Assembly: GCF_002113885.1 (NCBI RefSeq)
Contig: NW_018403589.1
Coordinates: 997,309-1,061,308, forward strand
Origin: Mizuhopecten yessoensis
Lineage: Eukaryota
Length of the DNA: 64,000 bases
Reading direction: 5' to 3'
Position numbers and translations under genes: made by a program. Each line of letters opens with the position of its first letter. Within the stretch, counting starts at the first letter, position 1. Below, piece after piece: positions 1-13,884 of this stretch. The notes under the pieces are model-generated. The model did not search any database. It saw nothing but the letters and a program-made list of their open reading frames with translations, and was not told the origin of the DNA.

Positions 1-475
1 ATAAGGAAATTAATTGTGGTCGGAGGCCAGAAATCACAACTATAGCACACTAGTCAGTCATTTAACTTAGCTAGGGGAAACATTTTCTTATCAACTCAGT
101 CCTCTTTATTTCTCAATTTTATAGACTTTTGGTAGTTAACATTTGATTAACCTTTAAAAACCCATTTTAATTCTACAAATCCGTGTATACAAACCAGGGT
201 TACATTGATTTGTTAATTACCATGTACATGTACATAAAACAATCCAGGACATGCAGGAACAGAAACAGCTTTAAGGTTCTATTTTAGGTATAATACCACA
301 AACTTCAGATCTACAGATGTAGTAACTATCTAAATCTAATCAATAGAATCTCTGCTGGAAAGAATTAAGTCTACTAGCAATCTAGACGTGTTTCATGTTT
401 TCTTCAATGATGTTACATCTATCCAACTTCTTAATTTCAGACTTCGGAAAAGAAATATATCAGGAAATATAATTA

Positions 476-1465
476 CAGTAAAACCCTGTTTACTCGAACT
501 CGTAGGGTCCAGATCAATAGTTCGAGAAAAACATGGTATTCAACGAATCCGAGGTTCGACCGAAATCGTCATTTTTGTATCAGGTGGGACAACAGACAGT
601 GCAAGCACTGGAACTATCACGGATAGTAGATGATTGAAGAAAAAAGAAGTTTAATCAAGATTACAGCATTTAATAAGATTTGAAATAGCTAAACAATGAA
701 AACATATGGCCACCGCTGTTAAGAAAGTAAATAAAATTAAAAGCTGCATGTGTAACGTACTTGTCGTTTTGACATAGTCCAACATACTGTAAATCGGCTA
801 AGTTAATTTTACAAAATATCAAAACGAGAGGAACTCTTCAATTATTTTAAAATGAAGAAAATCTGGATTCCTTGCGATCATAATGTTGATTGATAAAAAA
901 TTATCAATTATGACGTATTTAAGTTTGAATATCTTTGAAGTTAGTCGGATTCCACTATGTGATTTCTGCTTAATACTGCCATGCTGAAATATAGTTTTAC
1001 ACACCAAGCGAATTAACGCTTCCGCCAAATCATCGATGTCAAAATATCTTCTGGAAAAAATAAATATCCACACAAAATGATAATGCAGCTACAACAGGGT
1101 AACAGTACAGTTACTTAATGATACTGCCGTTAATCCTCTAATTATCTGACGTCCAGCCGACACCTGTTAAGTACAATTAGCGTGAACTGCAACCTGTGCC
1201 TAGAGACATGCCGAGGGCAGTGCCGATACCTGTGATACACAGGTAAAATATCTGTCACGCGTGACAGGTCACACCTGTTCGACGAACAGATAGGATTAAT
1301 ACTATGACCATGAAGAGTCATGGACAAATTTTTGTTCGAGGAATACAGGGTATTCGAGGAATAATGGTTCAGCTAATCCGGGGTAACTTTGCATAGAATA
1401 TGTACGAACTCGGTCGGGACCGAACAAACTTTTCGACGGAAGAGGGGTATACGAGTAAAGTGTTA
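476..1465. mobile_element. Degenerate Tigger/pogo-like non-autonomous DNA element
   Basis: TA-CAGTAAAACCCTGTTTACTCGAAC left end; repeated TTCGA/TCGAA subterminal motifs at both ends; right end decayed. Confidence 0.45.
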
Positions 1466-2573
1466 TGGAAGGAATATGAAAGTTACAGTAAGGGAGCATA
1501 TGCCCTAAACCTTAAACTTGCCCAGGTAAAAACATCTATAGTTAAACCTGTATCAACAGACCAGCCATCAGAATTTCCGAAAGTTTTCTCTTGGCACAGG
1601 TGGTATTATAAGGTAAGTTCATTTCATTAAGGAACATTAAGGAACATTAAAACTTGTGTCTTTTTATTTAACACAGGTTGTCTCCCCTTAATGATGGTGA
1701 CTGCATGAGCAGGTTGGACTGTACCATAACTCACAAGGAACAAACCTCTACAGATCATCTATAAACTCCCAGGGCTTTACAAATATCTACCATGTTACCC
1801 CTATAGTAGGGTTTCCATACTTAAGGTCATCCTCAGAAGAAGAATAAAGGTTTTTTAGTGGGTTGGCAGGAAAACAGCAAACAAATATTTTTTTAATGGT
1901 GGCCTTATGTCATCTATTGTATAAGATATACATGTACTACATACAATCCAGTTCAGATCTAAGGCATAAAATGTTACAACTTATATTAGACAGACATAAT
2001 CACAGTGGAGCTAAGATTGGGACAGCTACAGCACAGCCTTGTATCCCGAGCATGGTATGGTGTGTAGTGTGGTGTGTAGCTGTCAACATCGCTATACATA
2101 GCTGTACATCATACATCATACGCATACATCACTGCAATAGCCTAACACTGCCTAACAAGACACCACTACCTCACCACTGCCTAACAAGACACCACTACCT
2201 CACCACTGCCATTCATCAAGTTTATGAACGCTCAGACAAGACCACTTGGTGCATCACTTGGATAGAAACAGCACAGGAATAATTTTACACAAGTAATAAG
2301 AGATACTGGGGTATGACTCTTTAATTAACCAAGAGTAGCATAGGAACAGTATGGCACTAACATGACAACATCTGATGTTATTCAAAAACATAGTCATTTA
2401 CATGCCCAGCAACAACTCTCAATATGATAATCTGTAAAATATATACAGAGTAATCAGTAAACTTAGAAAATTCTCTCGATTATTAATCATAATTGATAGA
2501 AAAAAACACCACTATTTACACTGTATTTCTGATTTAGAAAATACATTCGGAGGTTGTTGAATAAGGTTACTTA

Positions 2574-2697
2574 TGTTAACAGAAAAGAAAAAACACACGG
2601 TGAAACCTGGATTCAAACCCAGGACCGCTGTAATGTAGACGGACGCTCTGATCAACCTGGTTGCCATTGATTGATTCAGTGTAGATGGACTACTACA
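2574..2697 (-). mobile_element. Degenerate solo LTR of tRNA-promoter TRIM (Helenus-like)
   Basis: TGT..ACA ends, B-box (GGATTCAAACCC on +), similar to copies at 22526 and 29063. Confidence 0.55.
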
Positions 2698-3595
2698 GGT
2701 TTTTAGTGTAATTACTAATTCAATCCTGTGTTCTATAAAAACATGCAATCAGTCTTGTATAGTACAACTCTGTGTACAAATGTGCAGTCTTGTGTAGTTA
2801 GTTGTTTGTAATGTGATTGCCATTGAAAAACAGGCAAACTGTCAGCTGTTTGTAACCAATATCATGTTGTGTAGTTTCTTTTTACACCTCCCAAAGATAT
2901 AAAGACAGCATAGGGAGACACATACTGACAGAATGTCAAGTGTTCTGGTGCCCTTACACGCGCTGTGACCACCCTAGATAGCCTCTACACCCCTCCAGTG
3001 TTACCCTGTTACCCTTACTAGATACCACCTCTCTAGTAACACAGGCTACTATAAGCCTGGCTAGATAATGGCTCAGACTCCGTAGCAGAACACAAAAGCT
3101 GCTCTCTCTCATTTTAACATTCAAACTTATTTCCTTTTTTTTAATGTTATACTATCTTTAGTGTTTTTGAGGATTCTGCTATCGTTGGTTTCTATTTTAA
3201 GTTGTTACACAATCATTCCCTTGTCCCAACTGTCCTGTGATGTATTTATCGTAACGGCATGCCCATGGTTTCTTCAAGATTAAAATCCAATTAATTACGT
3301 TCAAATAAAAACGTCAAATACCAAAACTCCAGTTAAACATATACACATGGTTGTGCCCTGTGAAATGTTAAATTGATAGTATGTCTTATAATATACATTC
3401 TAAATAAATGAAAACATGAAAATGTTAAAATAGATATTATGTAGATTCAATTTCTAATTTAGAATTCAAATGCTTGATTGCATGCAAAGATATCATTTTT
3501 ATTTTGAAGTTAATAGCCTTAAATCCATGAATGACAAAATTTGTTTAAATGTGTTTTTTCTCCATTATCCTTCCTTTTGTACCGTATCAGATTAA

Positions 3596-3678
3596 CCCTT
3601 TTACCCCCATGTAACTTTAGTAGACTCAACAATGCATTGATATAGATGAGTCCATTATGGTCTACAGTGGTAAAAGGG
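3596..3678. mobile_element. piggyBac-type ~83-bp MITE
   Basis: TTAA-CCCTTT...AAAGGG-TTCA; related copies at 18861 and 25541. Confidence 0.65.
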
Positions 3679-3757
3679 TTCAGATATTTTTTGCTATGCC
3701 ATGTTTCATTCCAATATTTATCACTAACTCACTAAACATTTTTACAACATGGTTCAA

Positions 3758-3991
3758 AGTCCAGCTCCGATACATTCCTCGCTCCGTCAACAAAGTCTTT
3801 GACCCGTAAGACACACAAGACCATATACCACCTTCCATTGGTATATTTCGTTGAGCACCAAATTTTTAACAGGAGAAAGAGAAATGCATTGGCCAGACCA
3901 AGGTTCTAACTCGGGACCTTCCGAACTCTAGACGGACGCTCAAACCAATTGAGCTACCTGGTTGCCGACGATTGACCCTGTCCAGTTCCAC
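3758..3991 (-). mobile_element. Helenus-like TRIM: LTR, PBS, internal region, PPT, start of second LTR
   Basis: Minus strand: LTR with TAGCTCAATTGG A-box, then TTTGGTGC, ~85 bp, GGAGCGAGGAA, TGTATCGGAGCTGGACT. Confidence 0.65.
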
Positions 3992-4505
3992 AAGTCCTCT
4001 CTATATATATATAATATATATGCATCACTGTTTGTTTGCCTTCTAGTGTATTTGTTCTGAAGATTAATTTGCTCAAATGATCCTTCATGTTGCATTTGAT
4101 AAAAACAAGCCATTCAGATTAACATGTCTTGCCTGTGCCCCGCTTTGACCATCAGTGCACATATCAGAGAAACTAACTTAAATGCAAAAACTTAATGTTG
4201 ATGGAGATGCTGACAAAGTCAATGGACCATGAAAGGTAGGGCACATCCAGCATTTGATGCATGGGTTGAGATGTACTTTCAGAGAAACCAACTTAAACGC
4301 AAAAGCTTCCTGATAACGCCGCCGCCTGAAAAGCAACACCTAAATCTCGCTTCCATTTCGAGGAGGCGAGACAAAAAACAACTTACTAAAAGCCAGTGTG
4401 CCAAATCACACTGTGGTTAAATGATTGTTTTCAGTGGTTTAAAGTCACAACAGTACTGGCCATTTACACTATTTGCTTGACAAAGGAAAGAGATGTTTTC
4501 AAAAA

Positions 4506-5235
4506 ACAAGAGGCCCATGGGCCTTAACGGTCACCTGATATATTTATACAGAGAGTTGATTTTGTTTTTAACATGAACAGAAATAATATTCAAAGTGACA
4601 AAAAACAATAAAACCACCTTATTCAATATCTAGCATACAGATTTCAGACTAAAAAGTATTTGAAACTAGCACATCTGATTCTAAACAAGGAAAATGAAGA
4701 AATTTTAGCACACTGACTCCTTTGAGCCCAACCCTACAGCCCTTGGGGGTAGGGCTGGCTCAAAATTTTCAAAGTATCAAACTGTCAACTCAAGGTGATA
4801 ATTCCAATCAAGTTATTAACATGTAATATTCAAAGTACCATTTACCATTATAAACCATAATAAATTTCGCCCCCCCCCCTCCTTCCCCAGGGGGTAAACG
4901 TGAGACCCTAGATTCATAAACCTTAAGACCCTTCCATCTATGAAGAGCATTTGATTCTACCATATCTGGGTCTTGAGAAGAAGATTTTTGAAATTTCAGT
5001 CAATTTGACCCTTTTTGGCCCCGCCCCTTAGGCCCCTGGGGGCTTTGGACTAAACAGGCCACTATTTCTGTTGACCTTTGTCCATGGAAGGTCCCTGCAA
5101 AGTTTCATTGAAATTGGCTCAGGGGTTTTGGTGAAGAAGTCGAAAATGTAAATTGTTTACGGACGCACGACGGACGACGACGGACAAAAGACGATCGCAA
5201 TAGGTCACTTGAGACTTTGTCTCAGGTGACCTAAT
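4506..5235 (+). mobile_element. Non-autonomous Helentron/HINE-like element
   Basis: Starts ACAAGAGGCCCATGGGCC..GGTCACCTGA in an A-run; GACG microsatellite; terminal hairpin AGGTCACTTGAG-actttgt-CTCAGGTGACCT. Confidence 0.7.
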
Positions 5236-7529
5236 AAAAAAATTCAATTCGTGCTTGTGTTCAAAACAAACAAAGCCTTTATTATTCATACTGAACTGTT
5301 GAATCTTATTCAATGAATCAACTGTAATACATAACTATTCAAGGAGTGTTTTAAGAATGTATATTAAATTTCAAAACACTTCAAGCAGAACCACAAACAT
5401 ATGAAGGATGGGTTTTTTGAGCCTTGGAAAGAAATCTAATTTGAAACAGTAGGAAGGAAGCCAATTTTTAAACCTAATTTTTGTTTCGTCAGAAAACATT
5501 GCCAATGAAATGTTGACCTATCCGTATGTAAAACCTGGATACATAAAGATCACTTCTCTCAACAACGTGACAATCTCATTTTATGTAATTTTTGAATTGA
5601 TAATAAAAGTAAAAAATATTTAGGTTAATAGTAAGTGCTCAGCATTTGTCTTATTTATTTTGATATTTTGACTTTTAATACTCTACAGAATAGTGGTACA
5701 TGTGTAGCTGATGAGTAACATGATACAGAGGCATAGGGCCAAGGGAATCTTCAAAGGGCAGACAACTAGCATATGACGCCTGTGATCAAGGCACTGCCAA
5801 CATTGTAGCTAATGATGAAATCTGGTCCTACACTGGGACAAAAGCCTGGTTAGCACAGACTAGCAGGTTTTAGTCTCAATTTTAACCATCCAGCTCCACG
5901 GCATTCACGTGTATTGCCCCTCATCTTGGAGAGACTATCTGTCCTCTGTAGCAAGCTGGGTGATGGTCCATTCCCGACTTTGGAGGAAACTTTGTAACAT
6001 TGGATAGAATGGCAAGAAATGATCAGAATGCACCATATATGGCAGGCATGTAAATTAACTGCATGAAATAATGATACAGGTTTGGAAATGATATACAATC
6101 TTACCAGGCTTTAGGGTGCCGTAGTCTTATTACACAATTAATTTCCCCTACAACACAAAGCAGCGCTAGATTGATGCCCTCGTTTTACCTTGTTTATGTA
6201 AAAACATCTAATACTGTAAACACATAGATATCAGCAGAGTATGGAAAGCCGTACAGGACCCCGGATTCTGTTCAAGATTATTTCTTACATAGAATAAGGA
6301 CACTTGCACAGAATATCAAAACGCCATGCCAGATGGAGTTTCCGTTAAAGTTGTGCAGGAGAAGATAGTGAAAGACTCATCATTGCAGATTTTAAGAAGA
6401 TTTGTCGCTGAAATGACCTTGACCATCACAGTTGTACCAAATGAACGTTTATTCCATTGTGTATATATGTCCCTGCACATCCCAAAGCCCTTGTGAAATA
6501 TAGAACAAACACAAATTCTGCTGATCAACAACAAATTCTTTATGACATTTTAAGCCCATACATAACTTTCTGTTTTAAGTTATACTGTTCAGTGATGTAT
6601 GTTATATTTTTGATGTATGTGATGAATTCAAAATGCACAATGGGCTGGTTTATTAGATCATTACGGCAATTCCCGTTATCTTGGCGTTGAAGGTCACACA
6701 CAGTATAGAACTGATGCCTAGCTAACACTGATATTGTTTCATAGAGATATTTATATTTCCATTGTACAGAAAACCTCCTGGTCTAATTAACCTACCAATA
6801 AAAAGGATATTATCACGGCAGAACACAAAGAACTATTAAACCAGGAATGTTTCTTGGTAGGAATCTATTCAGGTCTCTCTATCTATGGGGTGTTTCCCAT
6901 CGGTGCATGTCGCATGACGAAGAATGGTATCCATATGGAATATAAAACTGTCTCTTTCAACAAAAAATGGATGTTCTACCATTTGGTAAAAACTTCTTTG
7001 GAACCAAAAGAAACCAACCAGAAAGATAAAAACAGGTTTTCCTTTGTTGCTTCAAACATAAATATAAACATTGAAATGTATTTTTTTTAACATTTACGAT
7101 GGTATGAAACAGTTCTGCTAAACCATAAATTGAGGAATTTGTTTCAACTGTATTGTATACCATCATAAATAGGAATTTGACATATATCTTGGCATGTTGC
7201 AAACACTCGTCCCATTACTATCAAGTATTTGCAGTATACAAACATTTACAATGATTATGATGATGCAAATTGTATGCAATATATATATGTAGTGTTTCAA
7301 TACATTCACACTGGTTTAGCAAACATCAAATTTGTGAAATTTCTGTGTTGATAAAGGATGTATTAATAACATTTAATATTCTGACAAGGAAATCTAGAGG
7401 AGAGATTTCAAAATGTAAACAAAGGATATCGGACACTGGAAATGGAAGGTGAAGGGTCAAGTTTGACCTCCAGTACTTGATCTATGACCAGTGAATCAAA
7501 GTCATCAGAAGGATGTGGTCAGAACTAAG

Positions 7530-7855
7530 ATGACCAGTGTAGCTGACCAAGTCTGGTTACCTTACAACCTGACAATCTACCTTATAATCAACAGTATATA
7601 AACATATGTACATATCTATGACCAGTGTAGCTGACCAAGTCTGGTTACTTTACAAACTGATAATCTACCTTATAATCAACAGTACACACATATGTACATA
7701 TATGACCAGTGTAGCTGACCAAGTCTGGTTACCTTACAAACTGATAATCTACCTTATAATCAACAGTACACACATATGTACATATCTATGACCAGTGTAG
7801 CTGACCAAGTCTGGTTACCTTATAATCAACAGTACACACATATGTACATATCTAT
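7530..7855. repeat. Minisatellite, ~84-88-bp unit x ~4
   Basis: ATGACCAGTGTAGCTGACCAAGTCTGGTTAC... repeated; last unit internally deleted. Confidence 0.9.
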
Positions 7856-8566
7856 GTGTTCAGATTTTCAAATACAGTCTACAGTCAATAGCATATAAAT
7901 ATATCTAGTGGGAATTTTGCCTATTGGTACAGCCATAATATATTCCCAAAATGAAAAAAATGCCCAGTTCCCAATTCTTGTGGGAGCAGACTGTTGTATT
8001 TTTTTTGTTGAAAAACATTGATCTTTTTGAAGCTTGTTACAGATTTGTTCAAGATATAAAGTTGACACTCAGATTTGACATTGCATTGGATGTTTCCAAC
8101 CCTTGTGAAAGGTAGCATTTTGATACCCCTATATACCATACCAGAAAGGAAGTTTGGGGTAATGCACATGCATAATATAAACTGTTAAATACACAAGAAT
8201 TATAAATACTTAACTATGTACAGGTAACAATCATACCCCACTGACAGGGAAGTCATCCAAAGCCAACCAGCCATTTAAACTCCCACTGCAATAATATCTG
8301 CTGCCCAGATGTTTTACATTTTAGAGATGAGATAAACCTAATTATAGCTCTTCTACACCCATGTTTCAAACCAATTACTGTAAATTATCACACAAGTCCC
8401 TCAGTGTATTTCAACCATGTCCTATAAGTGACTACATTCGATCAAGCAATATAAAACTGAAAACCTACAGTTGCCTTCACTCAACACATCTGTTTCACTA
8501 AATAAAGCTCAAACTCCTGAAATTTTTGGAGGAAAACTTCAATGTAACCTGAGCAAAATGTTCATT

Positions 8567-8705
8567 TAAGGATTGAATTCTGTTTTGTTGAGGTTTATGG
8601 GGTATAAACCTCAATGGGTCTTGAGACAAATTTTATGTGAATTTGTCTCAAGACCCATTGAGGTTTATACCCCATAAACCTCAACAAAATGGGATTCTAT
8701 CCTTA
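8567..8705. repeat. Near-perfect hairpin (palindromic MITE-like)
   Basis: ~65-bp arms around a TTATGTG loop; each arm contains its own inverted repeat TTGAGGTTTAT..ATAAACCTCAA. Confidence 0.85.
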
Positions 8706-11700
8706 TATTTCAGAGAAATATTGATATATGTTGGGATAATTTCTAAAATATCAGTCTTGTGGAAGCTTAAGTCTAACACCACAGAAGGTATCAAAACTTA
8801 TGACGTCATCACTAACTGTGAGACGTCGTCCTGGTAAGATGAATAAGCAAATTAAGATGTAAATTATTTTTTGAATTCAATTGAATACTTCTGACAAAAA
8901 AAAAAAAATGAAAACAAACTATGAATGGAACTACTTCCTGCACTCCGCAGAATAACAGAGTAATCAGGTTGATAATATGCTGATGTATTTATACGCCAAC
9001 TGAAATGTTCATTGAAAATAACCTTTAAAATGTTAAGTAGGTATATTGAGTCCAAGTTCAGTAGAAATGTAAATATTATGCCTTGATCAGGAAACCCTGT
9101 TCCCCATGGTAACACTACCCCGCTCCACATGGTCATGTGAAGCTGCCACCCAGCTGGTGCTCATTTCTTTTAATTGACTTTTTTCAATCTGCTTTGTGGA
9201 CCATGTTTTTTGGCTAATTGATTTTTTGGTAGAATATGTTTGTTATCCCAACATAGCTTACTGCACTGTACAAATGGCTTTAGTCTATTAATATTTAATA
9301 CTTCAAAAACTGCATATTAGTTCTGTAAATTGTATAGACATGTTATTTATTGTTCTGTAGGTTCACTGTTCCATACAGTACATGTATATGAAAGTAAGAT
9401 GTTGGAAATTCAGGGTGGGGCAGGAGTCACTTTCTCATGACAATGGTGAAATTAAGCCTTCAAATTTGTTTTCCTAACTTTTTTTATCGCAAAATTTCTG
9501 AGTACTTCAATTTGTTGTTAAAAACACACACTCACCCTAGCATACCTCCTTAACTGTTAGTATATATAATCTGTAGAAGAGAACTCTAGATACCTGTTCA
9601 CTTATTTAGGCCCCTTCTATAATCACCCTGCACCCTTATTACCTGTGGGTCAAATACGGTATATACTGGTATACAAAAATGATATAAATGACATCTTCGT
9701 TGCAATATGCCACTTACTACATTACAGGAACAACTTCCTTGAGAAACTTCTTTGAGATGTAGTATTACTACATAACATGTATCTCAAGGAAGTTGTTCCT
9801 GTAATATTAGTATGTAGTTGATTATTTAAAGTACATGTAAGGCCAAAAAGAAAAATATTTGTTCACTATCATCCTCAGAAAAAGAAGGCAAGAATAAGTT
9901 ACTAGGAAGAAGGAAGGCAATTTTTTTATTTGGAAAATATTTTAACTATGCTCATGTAGAGCAGGAGTTGTGACTTTAACAGTGCATATGAATGAATGCC
10001 AATAAAAACTTCAGGGTAGGCATAAAAATCTAGGATAGCTATAAGATTAACAGGGATACAAGATTTGCTTTATCTGGCCTAATAGCTAACCACTGTACTG
10101 CAATACAGCTAGCTCAAGTTACACAATCAAGTGTTATCAGTTGATAGAGCATCAATTTAACCATTTTTTATTTTGTTTTGTGACTTTTTACCTGTGTATG
10201 TCTGACTAATCAGTTTTGAATCTATTTATCACATATCTAGTTCTGGGAGGAAATTGGCGGAGGGTAGGACTAGGTATGTTTATAACCCCAATGTATCATG
10301 TCTACAGGACGTCACAATGTTGTCTCATTTCCTGTTAGTCAACACTTGCTTGTTTACATTGGTTGAATTCACAATGAATCATGTACAATAACTTGGACTG
10401 TCAACTCATCATATACAACACTATATGTGGGGCTGTATTTATATACAACTGTAACATAAGGCTGTGTTTCCCCTGAGGGAAATTCTGAAGATCTATTTCT
10501 CCTAAATCTGCTAAATTCCCAAATCCAATTATTATGTAAGGGAGAAAAGCATTAACAATATGATGTTTATAAACACATCTAGGTTAGATCTGGTGGGGTG
10601 TACAGGTTTATTTCAATTACTAGCTCCGAGACAGATTTTGAAAAATTCTACTTGTCAGAGCTAAATTTTCAGAGCAATTTGCTGCGAATATTAAAATTGT
10701 TCATTAGCTGTGACATCACATATATTTATATATATATATACAAGCCCCAGGAATCAAGCTTGTAGAATTGTACTTCCCTGTTCATATGTTAATTTGACAA
10801 AAAGTTAAGAGGGGTCAAAGGTTAGGAGAGTAGTGTAAAACATGGCAATCTCATTATACTGAGGACTTCATCAACATCCTGCGGGGGAAGATTTGTTTCA
10901 CGACAAGTCAACTCATCCTTATAGAGTGCATCTTTTCACACAGTGTCAGTGTATAACTCCTTGTGTATTATCATAAATAATTTGTACTTACTACACAGTG
11001 GTTTTAATTTTCTTTGAAATTAAAATTTTGATTTTTTTTCCATACAAGTTTGCAGGAATATACCATTGTTATTTCTTATTTTTACAATTAATTTATAGTT
11101 CCTAGAGTGAGAGTGCAGCAAGCCATCCTAGATTACATACACATGCTGTCTCTCACACAATATTTAAATTAATGGTGGCTTTATATCCACAGTTTTGTGT
11201 TCTGCATTAGGTTAATAACTGTTTATAAAATCTGAAAGTCACACAATAATATATGATGATCAATTAATGATCTGTGCAGATAATCAACACACACTGTGAA
11301 CATCTTTTTAATTTAACACAAATTACAATGACTTTTTTTGTTAAATTGCAGTATCTGTACAACTAAATTTAACTTTCATAATTATAATTTTATGTCATAG
11401 TTTCCCTCCTTTAAATTTCTTCCCTGTACCACGGAAATAGATTGGATCTAATTATATAAGTCTGTGACTGTACATTACATTTCCAACTATAATTTTTCAT
11501 AATTACATAAATTATTAATTATTTTCTATAAAATTACTCATTGACTATAAACTGTTTTAATGATTACCCCATGAACTGTTTATTTCACAAGATTTATTAA
11601 ATTTCATCTGTGTGCATCTATTACGAGTTATTTTTTATTAAAGCAATTAAAGCTTCATAATGTGTGCTGAAACAGATAAGCACAGATTTATCTCAAAATT

Positions 11701-11996
11701 ATGTAGATGCTAATTTATGTAAATGGTGAATTACGTGGTAACTATACGGTCTTCATTGGGATGCCGACATGTATGATGTACTGTCAGCCTGTTACAACAT
11801 TAAATTATCCGGGTTTCCCTAACACACGTGGTTGAGTTGAAAACAGTGACATTATACCATCAGACGATCTGCACATGTAGAGAGTACCAGACCTATCTAG
11901 AATTTGACAACAGCCATCTTTATGCATAACATAACAACCATGCACCTTCCTAGAATCATGAGAAATCAAGAATCCCAAGGAGAATGTTTAACTTAC

Positions 11997-12166
11997 TTAT
12001 TGAAAGTTTTCTGAAAACCTTGAATTTCTTTCCGTGTAAACTCCTTGAATTCTGTATACGGATTCCACACTTGCATAGACGGAAGAACAGGTTCCGCACC
12101 ATCCTCCCCTGATTCGTTGATATTCACTCTCCTCTCGAGTTTCTTTGCAAGTTCGTCAGTCGCCAT
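11997..12166 (-). CDS. EFHD2: EF-hand domain-containing protein D1/D2 (swiprosin-like), first coding exon; gene continues off the left edge (intron 1 at least 12 kb)
   Basis: MATDELAKKLERR...VWNPYTEFKEFTRKEIQGFQKTFNK resembles the EFHD N-terminus (NPYTEFKEF motif preceding the EF hands); ATG at 12166, GTAAGT donor at 11996. D1/D2 paralogue assignment is not meaningful in an invertebrate. Confidence 0.9.
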
Positions 12167-12253
12167 TTCCCACCAATGTTCCAACTGTATCACTCAGTTC
12201 AAATGTCTGTAGCTTTCAAACACGCGAACACTTTCACTCGCCAAGGCATATGG

Positions 12254-12306
12254 CTTCCTGTTTGCTGTCAGTGTATCCGCATCATGTGACATGAGGTCAT
12301 AGGTCA
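12254..12306. promoter_or_regulatory. EFHD proximal promoter motif cluster (ETS, M-box/E-box, DR1)
   Basis: CTTCCTG 12254; TCATGTGAC 12282-12290; AGGTCA-T-AGGTCA 12294-12306; 90-140 bp upstream of the ATG. Confidence 0.55.
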
Positions 12307-12638
12307 AATTAGAATCAGAACCCGCGAAAAGAGAGGTTGGTACGTTACCGTAATTATGACAATAGGCCACACACGGTAAACTTCCCGTTTTAATACTTTG
12401 ACAAAATACTTATAGGTCTAAATATATAAATTTATGGAGCGTCAAACTAACATATCCTCTAATAATTGTACCTATCTTCAAATAACTGTAAATGTATTAT
12501 ACGTTTCTGAATAAAGTTATTGAATTGAAGCAACTTTGTTCTGTCATTAACGAAATCATCAATTCAGTTACAATTGTTTTCAAATGATATGCGTGTATAC
12601 CAGTTTATCTTCAATTGCATTGAACCTTATTTTATCTT

Positions 12639-12701
12639 CAACCCATATATACGGAAGTCCAACCCATATATACGGAAGTCCAACCCATATATACGGAAGT
12701 C
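12639..12701. repeat. 21-bp tandem x3 containing ETS-like CGGAAGT
   Basis: CAACCCATATATACGGAAGTC x3. Confidence 0.85.
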
Positions 12702-12718
12702 GGTATAGATACAAATAC

Positions 12719-13884
12719 TTGGTCAAAAACCTGGTTGGTTAATTTTAATCCTGAAAAAAACAGATGTAATGTTTATTTCGAATTCAATCGATATCGAAGA
12801 AGACTAAGATTTAGAATTTGATGGGAAAGTCTTAAATTTTACAGATTGTCATAAACATTTAGGGGTAAATTTTAATTCGAATGCAAAGTTGGGGGATCAT
12901 GTAAATGGAATTTACACTTCTGTTATGAAGAAAATTAATGACTTATGGAAACTGAAACTCTTATTAAGTAGGGATGCTCTTTTAATAATTTACAAGACTT
13001 TTATTTTACCTGTTTTAGAATATGCTTGTGAGTTGTGGGACGGTTGCACTGTTTTTGAATCTGAAAAGTTAAAAAAGCCCAACGTGAAGCTGCTCGCATT
13101 ATATTAGGACTTCCTTCATATACTCCTATTAATACTTTATATTACGAAACTAGTCTTGAAACTTTATCTAATCGCAGAAAACGGAGGAAACTTCAACTAT
13201 TGTATAAGATGCATAATAATTTAACTCCTGATTACTTCAATCATCTTTTGCCGCCTTTATCTGGAGAAAATAATCGTTACGCTTTACGACGGTAACAATA
13301 ATAACTATAGGATTCTTCCTTTCAGATTATCTCTTACTAATTCTTCTTTTCTACCTTCTACTCTTCACTATTGGAATAACTTAGACAATTCGGTTCGATC
13401 CCTACCCTCTATTAATTCATTCAAATCCTGTTTAACATCAAATATTCAGTCAAGTCCACCTATTCACTTTAAAACCGGAAATCGTAAACTTACCATCTTG
13501 CATACTAAGCTCCGACACCAGTGCAGTTCCCTTAATTATGACCTTTTTAGAGTTAACCTTGTTGAGAGTGCATCTTGTTATTGTGGTCATCCTTGTGAGA
13601 ATGTCTTTCACTATTTTATGGAATGTCAACTTTTTACAAACGAAAGACGTATTTTGGTTCAAAATTTGATTAATTTGAATGTTGCGTTAAATTTAGAAAT
13701 TCTTTTGTTTGGCAATTCACAATTTTCCGTGGACCTTAACTCAAACATTTTTAGATCTGTGCAAAACTTTATTAAATCCAGCAAGAGATTTTGAGTTCAA
13801 ATTGTAATAACAATTGTATATATTTATTGTCATTATTGTAATGTCATGTCAAATGTATATTGGNATATGGTTAAACTAAAAAAA
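12719..13884 (+). mobile_element. 5'-truncated, frameshifted CR1-group LINE (L2/Crack/Daphne-like) ORF2 3' end
   Basis: FNPEKT..HKHLGV..YKTFILPVLEYACELWD..LSNRR..WNNL..CYCGHPCENVFHYFMEC; A-tail; 12-bp TSD AGATACAAATAC at 12707-12718 and 13885-13896; an N at 13864. Confidence 0.88.

Noticed and set aside
1-11996. Further EFHD exons or nested genes among the short ORFs
   Set aside because: No EF-hand coding segment or recognisable protein found; ORFs look like random intronic sequence.
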